Counted from the stretch's first letter, positions 1-9,549 are shown. The stretch is 28,142 nt of DNA from Actinomycetota bacterium (GCA_009918865.1 RGCY01000001.1:1-28142), one strand, 5' to 3'. The notes: a model not told the origin generated them from the letters alone. Translations and numbers: made by a program.

Positions 1-13
1 GACGCCCCAGCCA

Positions 14-1894
14 CTAAATCGTCTGGGATGCCTGATCTGCGAATTGAGTTTCATAAAGGCTTGCATACAGCCCGCCTTTGGCCAGCAACTCTTCATGGGT
101 GCCCCGTTCGGCAACCTGGCCACCGTCGATCACCAAGATTTGGCTCGCGTCGCGAATCGTGGACAAGCGGTGAGCAATCACTAACGATGTGCGCCCTTTG
201 AGGGCCTGTGCGAGTGCGCGTTGCACCGCGGCTTCACTTTCAGAGTCCAGGTGTGCGGTGGCCTCGTCAAGTACGACCACATTTGGCGCCTTCAGCAATA
301 GCCGAGCAATTGCCATCCGCTGCTTCTCCCCACCGGAAAGCCGGTGGCCACGGTCTCCAACGACGGTGTCAAGACCATCGGGTAGCCGCTCAATCAAGTC
401 CCAGATTTGTGCATCGATACAGGCCTTTCGCAGGTCCTCATCGGACGCATCTGGCCGGGCGTAAAGAAGATTGTTTCGAATGGTGTCGTGAAACATATGC
501 GCGTCCTGTGTCACAACACCAATCACCGAGTGCAGCGATTCCTGGGTGAGTTCGCGGACATCATGTCCCCCAACAATCACCGAACCGTCAGAGACGTCAT
601 AGAGGCGGCTGACGAGCGACGTGATGGTGGTCTTACCTGCCCCTGAGGGCCCAACGAGCGCCACCAAACTGCCAGCAGGGGCGGAGAAATCCACCCCATT
701 CAGCACACTTTGACCACCGGCAATGCTTTCAGCACGGGCAACCGACTCCAACGAAGCCAAAGAAACTTCGGCTGCTGTGGGATAGCGGAAGTGAACATTC
801 TTGAACTCGACCGCGGTTGGTCCATGAGGCAATGCCATCGCCCCAGGCGCATCTTTCACCAGAGGCGGCAAATCCAAAACCTCAAACACACGTTCAAACG
901 ACACCAACGCGGTCATGATGTCCACTCGGACATTGGACAGCGCTGTTAACGGTCCATACAGCTGCGCCAAGAGCCCCACTAGTGCCAGCAATGTTCCGAA
1001 GGTGAACTCGTTGTTGATGACTGAAAGCCCACCGAACCCATACGCGATGGCGGTAGCCAGTGACGCCACCAGCGTGAGGGCGCTGAAGAAGAAACGGTTG
1101 GCGACGGCAATGGAGATTCCAATGTCGCGCACCCGGGCGGCACGGCTCGAGAAGTAGTCAATTTCATCCTTCGGACGGCCGAAGAGTTTGACCAAAAGCG
1201 CGCCACTGACGTTGAACCGCTCAGTCATTTGATTGCTGAGATCAGCGTTGAGATTCATCTGTTCGCGACTCAGCGCCGCAAGTTTGCGCCCGAGAACTCT
1301 GGCTGGCAACAAGAACACGGGTAGGAGCAAGAGTGCCGCAAGCGTGATTTTCCAAGACAACACGGCCATCGTGGCAACGGTGATGATGAGTGAAATCAGA
1401 TTACCTACGACGCCACCTAGTGTGGATGTGAACGCCTGTTGAGCGCCCACCACATCTGAATTGAGTCGAGAGACCAATGCCCCCGTCTGGGCGCGGGTAA
1501 AGAATGCAATCGGTTGCGTTTGCACATGCTCAAACACCTGAGTTCGTAGGTCAAAGATGAGACCTTCACCAATCCGGGAACTCAACCACCTGCCAACCAA
1601 ACCCAGCGCATTGTCAACAACAGCCAAACCGGCAATCAGCAGCGCGCACACCACAACGACCTTGGAATTCTTGACTTGAATTCCGTGGTCAACGATGTAG
1701 CGAAAGAGCAAAGGCTGTGCAACAACGAGTACGGCACTAATCACCAACACCACAAGGTAGATGGAGATCACGCGCTTGTACTTGCGCGCGTAGCCAAAGA
1801 CTCGACCTCGAGTCCCCTCTGCGAGCCGCTGGTTCTTGACGCTTCGATCGCTCGTAAGCGACCGGTACATCATCCAGTTTCCGTGCATTCCCAT
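14..1894 (-). CDS. ABC transporter, fused permease + ATP-binding domain (type IV / MsbA-like exporter), about 626 aa
   Basis: N-terminal hydrophobic TM helices, Walker A GPSGAGKTT, signature LSGGEKQR, Walker B VVVLDEATAHLD, H-loop IAHRLST. Start moved from TTG 1906 to ATG 1894, which follows a GAGG SD. Substrate unknown. Confidence 0.92.
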   Translation of the reverse strand: MGMHGNWMMYRSLTSDRSVKNQRLAEGTRGRVFGYARKYKRVISIYLVVLVISAVLVVAQPLLFRYIVDHGIQVKNSKVVVVCALLIAGLAVVDNALGLVGRWLSSRIGEGLIFDLRTQVFEHVQTQPIAFFTRAQTGALVSRLNSDVVGAQQAFTSTLGGVVGNLISLIITVATMAVLSWKITLAALLLLPVFLLPARVLGRKLAALSREQMNLNADLSNQMTERFNVSGALLVKLFGRPKDEIDYFSSRAARVRDIGISIAVANRFFFSALTLVASLATAIAYGFGGLSVINNEFTFGTLLALVGLLAQLYGPLTALSNVRVDIMTALVSFERVFEVLDLPPLVKDAPGAMALPHGPTAVEFKNVHFRYPTAAEVSLASLESVARAESIAGGQSVLNGVDFSAPAGSLVALVGPSGAGKTTITSLVSRLYDVSDGSVIVGGHDVRELTQESLHSVIGVVTQDAHMFHDTIRNNLLYARPDASDEDLRKACIDAQIWDLIERLPDGLDTVVGDRGHRLSGGEKQRMAIARLLLKAPNVVVLDEATAHLDSESEAAVQRALAQALKGRTSLVIAHRLSTIRDASQILVIDGGQVAERGTHEELLAKGGLYASLYETQFADQASQTI

Positions 1895-2023
1895 GACTAA
1901 CCTCAAAACTTCTTACTTATGCGAGCCAAGCACGTCATGCAATTTTTCGGACTCTTGCGCCACACGCTATCGCCGCTCTTTGGTTTCACCTTTAATGCTG
2001 CGCAGCATACGCTGCGGTGCTAC

Positions 2024-2350
2024 TCAAAGGTTGAAACCGAGCGCGCGCAACATCTCTCGCCCCGCGTCGGTGATTTTGTCTGGCGCCCATGGTGGCATCC
2101 ACACCCAGTTGATGCGGTGGTCTGGCACGAGACCAGACAACGCGTTGCGCGTTTGATCTTCAATCACGTCAGTCAATGGGCACGCAGCCGATGTGAGCGT
2201 CATGTCAATCACTGCGGTTCCATCTGGGTCGAGAGTGACGCCGTAGACCAAGCCGAGGTCCACAACATTGATGCCCAATTCAGGGTCAACAACATCTCGC
2301 ATGGCTTCCATCACATCATCTGCCGACCGGGGCGCAACTGTTTGTGTCAT
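2024..2350 (-). CDS. sufT: SufT / DUF59 metal-sulfur cluster biosynthesis protein, 108 aa
   Basis: DUF59 motifs VVDPELGINVVDLGLVY, MTLTSAACPL and WVWMPPW. ATG 2350 is preceded by GGAGA. Last gene of the suf operon. Confidence 0.92.
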   Translation of the reverse strand: MTQTVAPRSADDVMEAMRDVVDPELGINVVDLGLVYGVTLDPDGTAVIDMTLTSAACPLTDVIEDQTRNALSGLVPDHRINWVWMPPWAPDKITDAGREMLRALGFNL

Positions 2351-2360
2351 CAGATTCTCC

Positions 2361-2751
2361 TCATACTGAGTGACGTGCTTGGTCAAGTGCATCGGACACT
2401 GCCATCCACCCCAAGAGTGCACACTTCACTCGGGCTGGGAATTGGGCTACCCCTGCGCATGAGCGTGAGAAACTTCTCGTGCAGGTCGCGCGCAACTGTC
2501 ACTGAGTTTCCAGTCACCGACTCGGCCAAGATGCTCATCGATGCAATGCTGATGGCACATCCTTGACCGTCCCATGACACGTCAGTGAGTTCGCCGGTGG
2601 AATCATTTACAAGGACTCGCACAGTCAACTCGTCTCCGCACGAGGTGTTGATGTGGTGAGTTTGCGCGCTGAACGGCTCTCGCAAGCCTTTGCCCACGGG
2701 ATGCTTATGGTGGTCAAGAATCACTTCTTGGTACATGCCGTCGATGCTCAT
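2361..2751 (-). pseudogene. sufU: SufU (Fe-S assembly sulfur-transfer protein), frameshifted by an internal deletion at about 2457 as assembled
   Basis: Frame 1 (2751-2458) gives MYQEVILDH, NTSCGD (C38, D40) and GQGCAIS (C65) up to FLTLM98. A second frame (2456-2361) gives AGVAQFPARVKCALLGWMAVSDALDQARHSV*, the canonical SufU C-terminus, ending just before the sufT SD. The gene identity is secure; whether the lesion is biological is not. Confidence 0.88.
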
Positions 2752-4055
2752 CCAAAGAACCTCCGTGCGCGAACAACTGACTCCACAAGTCGGTCAACCT
2801 CTGCTGCTGTGTTGTAAGGACCAAACGATGCTCGCACCGTGGCAGGCACACCTAAGGCGCGCATCAACGGCCACGCGCAGTGGTGACCCACACGCACGGC
2901 AATGCCGTCATCGTCGAGAATCTGACCAACATCATGTGGATGCACTCCATCAAGCACAAACGACACCGCAGAAATGGGAGCCGCATCTGGTGATGTCAGC
3001 ACTCGCACACCCTGTTGTTCTGAGAGTTGTTGAACTGCACTGGCCGCCAACTCCTGCACATGCTTGTGCACTGTGGACATTCCTAAATTCGTGAGATACC
3101 GCACGGCTGCGCCAGTGCCCACTGCTTGAGCCATGGCCGGAACTCCGGGTTCAAACTTTGCAGGTGCTGGTAGATATGTGGACTTTTCCATGGTGACGTG
3201 ACTGATCATGGAGCCGCCAGTGTCCACCACGGGCATCGCGGCTAGCACTTCCGCACGTCCCCACAAGATGCCGAGCCCTGTGGGCCCAAGCATCTTGTGT
3301 GCGCTGAACGCAGCCAAATCCGCTCCAGTCGACCCGATGTCAACGGGCATATGCGGCACTGATTGACATGCGTCTAGAACAAACAGTGCGCCAACGTTAT
3401 GGGCGGCGATGCCAAATGCAGAAATGTCGAGTAGCCCCCCAAGTACATTCGAAACATGCGCACACGCAACCACCCGCGTGCGCGCATCCACCAGCGATTG
3501 AAGTTCCTCCGTGCGCACCCGACCTTCCGGTGACACGGTGACCCACCGCAACTGCGCTCCGGTCTTAGCCGCAAGTTCTTGCCACGGCACCAAGTTGGCG
3601 TGATGCTCAGCCTCCGTGAGGACGATGTTGTCGCCTTCATGCAGCACAAACTTTGGATCCGCGCTGTGACCACGCGCAGCGAGCATCGTGGCGCTAGCAA
3701 AGGCATGTGCAATGAGATTGAGTGAATCCGTCGCAGACTTGGTGAACACGACGTCTGCAGGCGCGGCGTTGATGAATGCTGCGACATCCGCTCGAGCGGA
3801 CTCGTACGCGTGAGTGGCTTCCTCTGCGAGTTGATGAGAACCGCGGTGGGCAGCCGCGTTGTGCTGCTCATAGAACTCACGCTCGGCATCCACAACCGCT
3901 CGCGGCTTTTGCGATGTGGCCGCGGAATCGAGGTACACCAACTGCGACCCCGAGCGCATTCGGCGCGTCAGAATCGGAAAGTCAGCCCGAATCTGCTCTG
4001 CGCTCCATCCATTCGGTGTCACCTGCGTGCCTGCTTGCGCAGCGGATTGAGTCAT
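2748..4055 (-). CDS. sufS: Cysteine desulfurase SufS (group II), 435 aa
   Basis: VYLDSAATSQKP, PLP-lysine FSAHKMLGPTG, catalytic RVGHHCAWP. ATGA overlaps with sufC and sufU. Confidence 0.96.
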   Translation of the reverse strand: MTQSAAQAGTQVTPNGWSAEQIRADFPILTRRMRSGSQLVYLDSAATSQKPRAVVDAEREFYEQHNAAAHRGSHQLAEEATHAYESARADVAAFINAAPADVVFTKSATDSLNLIAHAFASATMLAARGHSADPKFVLHEGDNIVLTEAEHHANLVPWQELAAKTGAQLRWVTVSPEGRVRTEELQSLVDARTRVVACAHVSNVLGGLLDISAFGIAAHNVGALFVLDACQSVPHMPVDIGSTGADLAAFSAHKMLGPTGLGILWGRAEVLAAMPVVDTGGSMISHVTMEKSTYLPAPAKFEPGVPAMAQAVGTGAAVRYLTNLGMSTVHKHVQELAASAVQQLSEQQGVRVLTSPDAAPISAVSFVLDGVHPHDVGQILDDDGIAVRVGHHCAWPLMRALGVPATVRASFGPYNTAAEVDRLVESVVRARRFFG

Positions 4056-4819
4056 ACCGCCGCGCGTGCCTGCTGCACAAAACGCTCATAGCCGTGAGCC
4101 TCAAGTTCTTCTGCCAGCTCTGCGCCACCCTCTGCGACGATGGCACCGTCGACGAACACGTGGACAAAGTCAGGCTTCACATGCCGCAGGATTCGGGTGT
4201 AGTGCGTAATGAGCAGCGTGCCGACTCCGCCATGAGCATGAATGGCGTTCACACCTTCGCTGACCACCTTCAACGCATCGACGTCAAGCCCAGAGTCGGT
4301 TTCATCCAGCACCGCAAACTTCGGATTGAGCAATTGCATTTGCAAGATTTCGTGGCGCTTCTTCTCTCCGCCGGAGAAGCCTTCATTGACATTGCGCTGG
4401 GCGAAGGCCGGATCCATGCTGAGCGACTTCATCGCGTCTTTAAGTTCACCAACCCATTCGCGCACTCTCGGAGCCTCACCGCGCACTGCAGTTGCAGCAG
4501 TGCGAAGGAAGTTGCTCACCGAGACGCCAGGGACTTCGACTGGGTACTGCATGGCGAGGAACAGTCCAGCGCGCGCCCGCTCGTCCACGGACATCTCGAG
4601 GATGTTCTCGCCATCGAGCAACACGTCACCGCTGGTGACGGTGTATTTCGGATGACCAGCGAGTGAGTAAGCCAGGGTTGACTTTCCGGACCCATTCGGT
4701 CCCATGATGGCGTGGATCTCGCCAGTCTTCACTGTGAGGTTAACTCCGCGCAGGATTTCGCGATCTCCGCCTTCTGCGGCGACCGAGACGTGCAGGTTGC
4801 GAATTTCGAGAGTGGACAT
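4052..4819 (-). CDS. sufC: Fe-S cluster assembly ATPase SufC, 255 aa
   Basis: GPNGSGKST, FLAMQYPVEVPGV, NEGFSGGEKKR, LDETDSGLDVDAL, LITHY. AAGGAG SD. Confidence 0.97.
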   Translation of the reverse strand: MSTLEIRNLHVSVAAEGGDREILRGVNLTVKTGEIHAIMGPNGSGKSTLAYSLAGHPKYTVTSGDVLLDGENILEMSVDERARAGLFLAMQYPVEVPGVSVSNFLRTAATAVRGEAPRVREWVGELKDAMKSLSMDPAFAQRNVNEGFSGGEKKRHEILQMQLLNPKFAVLDETDSGLDVDALKVVSEGVNAIHAHGGVGTLLITHYTRILRHVKPDFVHVFVDGAIVAEGGAELAEELEAHGYERFVQQARAAV

Positions 4820-4838
4820 CAGTTCTCCTTAGGCTGGT

Positions 4839-5165
4839 TCACGCGTGTAGGCGCACGGAAATTACGGGGTCAGCGTCGTCACTCATCGCGACGTCGTATG
4901 TGGTCAAAGCAACTGTGGCTGGCGGTCCACTGGGTTCGCCAGAGCGAAGGTCAAATCTCGAACCATGCAACCAACATTCAATGGCACAGTCCTCAACCTC
5001 ACCTTCAGACAAGCTCACTTCTGCATGGGTGCACGTGTCTGACACTGCAAACAACTCACCTTGTTCGGTGTTGACAACAGCAACCGCAGCATCGGCAACC
5101 TGCACTCGAGTTGCTGTGCCTGGCGCAAACTGCGAGCGTTGCCCGACAATGACCCAGTCGCTCAT
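4839..5165 (-). CDS. Rieske-type [2Fe-2S] ferredoxin of the suf operon, 108 aa
   Basis: CTH...CWLHGSRFDLRSG Rieske ligand motif. ATG 5165 overlaps the sufD stop (ATGA). Confidence 0.9.
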   Translation of the reverse strand: MSDWVIVGQRSQFAPGTATRVQVADAAVAVVNTEQGELFAVSDTCTHAEVSLSEGEVEDCAIECWLHGSRFDLRSGEPSGPPATVALTTYDVAMSDDADPVISVRLHA

Positions 5166-6280
5166 GCCAACACCTGAGCAAGTCGTTCGCGGACTCGATT
5201 GGCACATTCCTCTGAAGGGACTACTGCAAGCAAATCGTCAAAGAATCCCGCCACAATGAGGGATGTGGCGGTGGTTCGATCCACCCCACGCGACATGAGG
5301 TAGAACACCTGCTCATCATCAAGCCGACCTGTCGCCGACGCATGGCCAGCGCCAGCAATGTCACCGGTCTCGATTTCCAAGTTGGGAACGGAGTCAGCGC
5401 GTGCGAACTCATTCATCACGAGATTGCGATTCAACTCGTAGGTGTCAGTCCCGGTTGCAGCCGAATGGATGAGCACATCGCCAATCCAGACGCTACGAGC
5501 AGGTTCCTCGCGCGTGCCGCTGAGCACGCCCTTGTAAGCAACATGGCTCCGACAGTTAGCAACTGTGTGGTCAGCGAGTGTGCGATGTTCAACATGGTGA
5601 CCAGGGCCGGCAATAAATGCTCCAGACAATTGCGCATCTGCTCCGGGGCCTTCGTAGTGAACCGTGGGAACTATGCGCACGAGCCCACCACCCAATGTCA
5701 GGGTGTGCGAACGCAAGACGGCATCACGACCGAGGAATGCAGGCACATGCACCACCAGAGTTGATTTCGAACTCATCTCTGTCAGATGCGTGAATGTCAC
5801 ATGTGCTCCGGCATCCGCCTGCAACTCAATGATGGCGCCCCCTGACCCCTGGCCAGTAAACGTGAGTTCCACCGCAGCCTGGCTATGCATACCGGCTGCA
5901 ATCACCACCCGAACAAACTGCGCGACCGCACCATTGAGGGCCACGTCAATCTTGACGGGCTCATTGAGCACTGCTTCAGGTGAGATTGATACTTCAGTGA
6001 CAGAAGGTGTGCGAGACCACGTGGTGGCTGCAATCCGGTCGGTTGGGACATAGCGGCCAGGTGCGTTGGTTGTCCTCACAGCAACGTCAGCTGGTGCCGC
6101 GACCTTCACCTGCGCCTCGGAAAACTCAGCAGCCTCAAGTGGTTCGAGTTTCGCCACGGGAGTGAAGCGCCACATCTCTTGCTGTGCGGAAATCACCGGG
6201 AAATCAGCCGGATCGGTGGAACGAGTGCCACTGACGATGTTGATAGGGACACTGTGTGAATGGGCGGTGGTGGCAGACAT
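5162..6280 (-). CDS. sufD: Fe-S cluster assembly protein SufD, 372 aa
   Basis: WRFTP, YKGVL, SVWIGDVLI, ADSVPNLEIETGDIAGAGHASATG, FYLMSRG. Lies between sufB and sufC. Confidence 0.94.
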   Translation of the reverse strand: MSATTAHSHSVPINIVSGTRSTDPADFPVISAQQEMWRFTPVAKLEPLEAAEFSEAQVKVAAPADVAVRTTNAPGRYVPTDRIAATTWSRTPSVTEVSISPEAVLNEPVKIDVALNGAVAQFVRVVIAAGMHSQAAVELTFTGQGSGGAIIELQADAGAHVTFTHLTEMSSKSTLVVHVPAFLGRDAVLRSHTLTLGGGLVRIVPTVHYEGPGADAQLSGAFIAGPGHHVEHRTLADHTVANCRSHVAYKGVLSGTREEPARSVWIGDVLIHSAATGTDTYELNRNLVMNEFARADSVPNLEIETGDIAGAGHASATGRLDDEQVFYLMSRGVDRTTATSLIVAGFFDDLLAVVPSEECANRVRERLAQVLA

Positions 6281-7686
6281 TAGCCAACTGCCCCTTCCAT
6301 TTGCAGTGCGATGAGGCGGTTCAGTTCAAGCGCGTACTCCATCGGCAATTCACGTGCAATGGGTTCAACGAAGCCGCGAACAATCATTGCCATGGCTTCG
6401 TCTTCTTCAATGCCGCGTGACATCAGGTAGAACAACTGGTCCTCGGACACCTTCGACACTGACGCCTCATGACCCATTGCGACATCGTCATCACGAACGT
6501 CGACATAGGGGTAGGTATCCGAGCGAGAAATGTCATCCACCAGCAACGCATCGCACTTGACCGTCGACTTCGAGCCGCTGCAGCCTTCTTGCACCTGCAC
6601 CAAACCGCGATACGACGTGCGTCCACCATTGCGCGCAACGGACTTGCTGATGATGCTGCTAGATGTGTTAGGAGCAGCGTGGACCATCTTCGCGCCAGCA
6701 TCCTGGTGTTGCCCGGCACCGGCGAAAGCAATCGAAAAAGTTTCGCCGCGAGCATGCTCGCCAACGAGCCACACCGCTGGGTATTTCATCGTCACTTTCG
6801 ACCCGATGTTGCCGTCAATCCACTCCATCGTGGCACCTTCGTGTGCCACGGCACGCTTGGTCACAAGGTTATAAACGTTGTTTGACCAGTTCTGGATTGT
6901 GGTGTAGCGGCAGCGCGCACCCTTCTTCACGATGATTTCTACCACCGCTGAGTGCAATGAATCGCTTGAATAAATCGGCGCAGTGCAACCCTCCACATAA
7001 TGCACGTAGGCATCTTCATCGACAATGATGAGCGTACGTTCAAATTGCCCCATGTTTTCCGTGTTAATGCGGAAGTAGGCCTGGAGTGGGATATCAACTT
7101 TCACACCCTTGGGCACATAGATGAATGAGCCACCACTCCACACAGCCGTGTTTAGTGCTGCAAACTTGTTATCTCCAACAGGGATAACGGTTGCGAAGTG
7201 CTCACGGAACAACTCCGGATGTTCCTTCAACGCTGTGTCTGTGTCCAGAAAGATGACACCCTGCTCTTCAAGGTCCTCGCGGATTTTGTGGTAGACCACT
7301 TCCGACTCGTATTGAGCGGCGACACCCGCGACAAGACGCTTCTTCTCCGCATCTGGAATGCCGAGTTTGTCGTAGGTATTGCGAATGTCTTCAGGCAAGT
7401 CTTCCCATGAGCTTGCCTGCTTTTCAGTTGAGCGAACAAAGTACTTAATGGTGTCAAAATCAATGCCATTGAGATCACTACCCCAATTGGGCATCGGCTT
7501 GCGATCAAAAAGTCGCAATCCCTTGAGGCGGATGTCCAACATCCACTCAGGCTCGCCCTTGAGTGCAGAAATTTCGCGCACCACATCTTCACTCAAACCG
7601 CGCTTGGCAAGGGCTCCCGCCCGGTCAGAGTCTGACCATCCAAATTCATACCGGTCGGCAACTGCGAGATCCTCGGCAGTGGTCAT
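6280..7686 (-). CDS. sufB: Fe-S cluster assembly protein SufB, 468 aa, no intein
   Basis: [67 protein letters not shown]. Confidence 0.97.
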   Translation of the reverse strand: MTTAEDLAVADRYEFGWSDSDRAGALAKRGLSEDVVREISALKGEPEWMLDIRLKGLRLFDRKPMPNWGSDLNGIDFDTIKYFVRSTEKQASSWEDLPEDIRNTYDKLGIPDAEKKRLVAGVAAQYESEVVYHKIREDLEEQGVIFLDTDTALKEHPELFREHFATVIPVGDNKFAALNTAVWSGGSFIYVPKGVKVDIPLQAYFRINTENMGQFERTLIIVDEDAYVHYVEGCTAPIYSSDSLHSAVVEIIVKKGARCRYTTIQNWSNNVYNLVTKRAVAHEGATMEWIDGNIGSKVTMKYPAVWLVGEHARGETFSIAFAGAGQHQDAGAKMVHAAPNTSSSIISKSVARNGGRTSYRGLVQVQEGCSGSKSTVKCDALLVDDISRSDTYPYVDVRDDDVAMGHEASVSKVSEDQLFYLMSRGIEEDEAMAMIVRGFVEPIARELPMEYALELNRLIALQMEGAVG

Positions 7687-8384
7687 ACGGCAACGCCCTC
7701 CTTGCGAGTTGGTTGGTTAGGAATCAAGGTCGTGCACACGTGACCGCCACGTGCAATGGTTTCGAGTCGAACCACATTGCGACCGAGGACTTCCGCTATT
7801 GCGCGAGTTTCGGCCTCACAAAATTCAGGGTGCTCACTGGCCACGTCGCGAATGGGGCAGTGGTGCTGACACAGTTGTTCGCCATGCCCATCTGCCAATG
7901 TCGTCACCATTGCGGCATAACCGTCTGCATCTAGGGCGCCAGCCAGAGTTGTTGAATCAACGACACCAACATCACGCCAACGCGCCGCGTGATGACGCCC
8001 GGTCTCCTCCGCAAAGGCCTTCACACCTTCCGCGCCTAGACGTTCAGAAATGAAAGTCACGGCGTGGCGCAGTTGTTGTGCGGCGTGTTCGGGATGTCCG
8101 GCAAGTTCACGCTGACCTTGTGGGGTCAAGGTCCAGACCCGAGCCGGGCGGCCACGACGGCGTACCCGGTTGGCCAGCGCGGCTGGACCGTAGGGGGCTT
8201 GGTCACTACTGGTGACCCAACCAGCCTCGCGGAGTGTCTCGAAATGACGACCCACCACGACAGTGCTAAATCCAAGGTGGGCTGCCACGTCTGAGGTGCT
8301 GCTTGGGCCCAACACAACCAAGGAACGAGCAACTCTCACCACGGCCCCTGAGACCGTAATGTCGCGCCCTGCCTCGAATTGCAT
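7683..8384 (-). CDS. sufR: SufR-type HTH transcriptional regulator (actinobacterial Rv1460-like), 233 aa
   Basis: N-terminal winged HTH with RGRP, C-terminal Cys motif QLCQHHCP...FCEAET...HVCTT. First gene of the suf operon, with an ATGA overlap onto sufB. Confidence 0.88.
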   Translation of the reverse strand: MQFEAGRDITVSGAVVRVARSLVVLGPSSTSDVAAHLGFSTVVVGRHFETLREAGWVTSSDQAPYGPAALANRVRRRGRPARVWTLTPQGQRELAGHPEHAAQQLRHAVTFISERLGAEGVKAFAEETGRHHAARWRDVGVVDSTTLAGALDADGYAAMVTTLADGHGEQLCQHHCPIRDVASEHPEFCEAETRAIAEVLGRNVVRLETIARGGHVCTTLIPNQPTRKEGVAV

Positions 8385-8404
8385 AACCGGAGTGTTTCAT
8401 AAAT
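8377..8404. promoter_or_regulatory. Candidate SufR autoregulatory operator overlapping the sufR start codon
   Basis: Interrupted dyad AATT-N4-AAC-N6-GTT-N4-AAAT (AATTGCATAACCGGAGTGTTTCATAAAT). The position fits an autorepressor site. The SufR assignment is inference. Confidence 0.45.
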
Positions 8405-8539
8405 CCTGGCGGTGCGCATCCGCAGGGGTCGCAAACAGAACACATGACCAAACATCCATGTCGGCAGTCCTCATGGGTAGTTCTGCACCAGACGCGGGTT
8501 CGTGGATGGGGTGGCGGTGCTGGATTCACCGATTCGCTC

Positions 8540-8545
8540 TAGTGT
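8540..8545 (+). promoter_or_regulatory. -10 element of a probable leaderless ctaA promoter
   Basis: TAGTGT (TAnnnT), 7 nt, then in-frame GTG at 8553. Confidence 0.55.
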
Positions 8546-8552
8546 CGCCGTT

Positions 8553-9545
8553 GTGACACAGACTCGTGGTGGTGCCGTCAACTCCACAAACCTAGGCATG
8601 CCTACCGACGAGGCACTTCCGCCGAGTGTGCGCATCACTGCCTGGCTGGCCTTGGCGGCCCAGATTGGCATCGTCATCACCGGTGCCTTGGTGCGGCTGA
8701 CCGGCTCAGGGCTTGGCTGCCCCACTTGGCCGGAATGTATGCCGGGTTCCTACACCCCTGTGCCTCATCCAGCATCGAAGTATCACGCGAGTATTGAGTT
8801 TGGTAACCGGCTTTTAACCTTCGCTGTCGCCGCTACGGCCATCGCAGCACTCATCACAGCGATGCGACACCTAAAGCACCACCCGAAGAAGCGAGCGCTA
8901 CGCCTTCTTGCTGCAAGCCCTCTACTTGGAACGGTTGCACAGGCGGTGGTGGGCGGCTTGACCGTGCTCACAGGGTTAAGCCCGTGGTGGGTTGCGGCAC
9001 ACTTCATCGTCAGTGCGGGCATCATCGCCGCAGCCCAGGTGTACGTCGTACGCGTGAGTTCACATGGTTCGCCTCTTTCAGAACCTGACTCGATCACCGT
9101 GCCGAATGCCGTGTCCACTGCCGCAATCCCTGTTCGATGGTTGATCCTTGGCGCCTCCGCGGTTTTGCTCCTTGGCACAGCCGTGACTGGCGCCGGACCG
9201 CACGCCGGCGATGCTGATGTCACAACTCGTTTCCCATGGCACCCGCTCGTTGCCACGGTTATGCACAGCAGTTCAGCCTGGACCCTTGTGGCGTGCGTGG
9301 TGATCTGTGTGCGCCGAACAACTGCACTCCCCCGGACAGATGTGCGACGACAAGTGAGCCGTCGTTTACTGGGGCTTTTGCTCACCCAAGCCGCGGTTGG
9401 ATACGCGCAATCAGCGTTGGATTTGCCAGCGGCGCTGGTGGGCGTACATGTGGCACTGGCAGTGTTGACGTGGAGTGGGGCTGTGCGATTAGCGGCGGTG
9501 TCTCGCAGTCAGCATGGTCACAGCGCCCTAACTCGCACCGCTTAA
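8553..9545 (+). CDS. ctaA: Heme A synthase CtaA/COX15 family, about 330 aa
   Basis: TGALVRLTGSGLGCPTWPEC, IEFGNR, AAHF, VTGAGPHAGD, VMHS, GVHV, multiple TM segments. Start uncertain (GTG 8553 preferred; ATG 8598 is the alternative). Confidence 0.88.
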   Translation: MTQTRGGAVNSTNLGMPTDEALPPSVRITAWLALAAQIGIVITGALVRLTGSGLGCPTWPECMPGSYTPVPHPASKYHASIEFGNRLLTFAVAATAIAALITAMRHLKHHPKKRALRLLAASPLLGTVAQAVVGGLTVLTGLSPWWVAAHFIVSAGIIAAAQVYVVRVSSHGSPLSEPDSITVPNAVSTAAIPVRWLILGASAVLLLGTAVTGAGPHAGDADVTTRFPWHPLVATVMHSSSAWTLVACVVICVRRTTALPRTDVRRQVSRRLLGLLLTQAAVGYAQSALDLPAALVGVHVALAVLTWSGAVRLAAVSRSQHGHSALTRTA

Positions 9546-9549
9546 TTCA

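Noticed and set aside
14-1894. ABC exporter as an Atm1-like Fe-S/sulfur exporter serving the suf operon
   Set aside because: Only adjacency supports it. The sequence shows generic type IV exporter motifs and a 130-bp gap separates it from sufT.
2440-2475. Programmed ribosomal frameshifting as the explanation for split sufU (and likewise whiA)
   Set aside because: Conserved residues are missing, not merely shifted in frame, and there is no slippery heptamer or recognisable recoding signal.
6280-7686. Possible intein in SufB (a known intein host in mycobacteria)
   Set aside because: SufB is 468 aa with continuous homology, no insertion and no splicing motifs.
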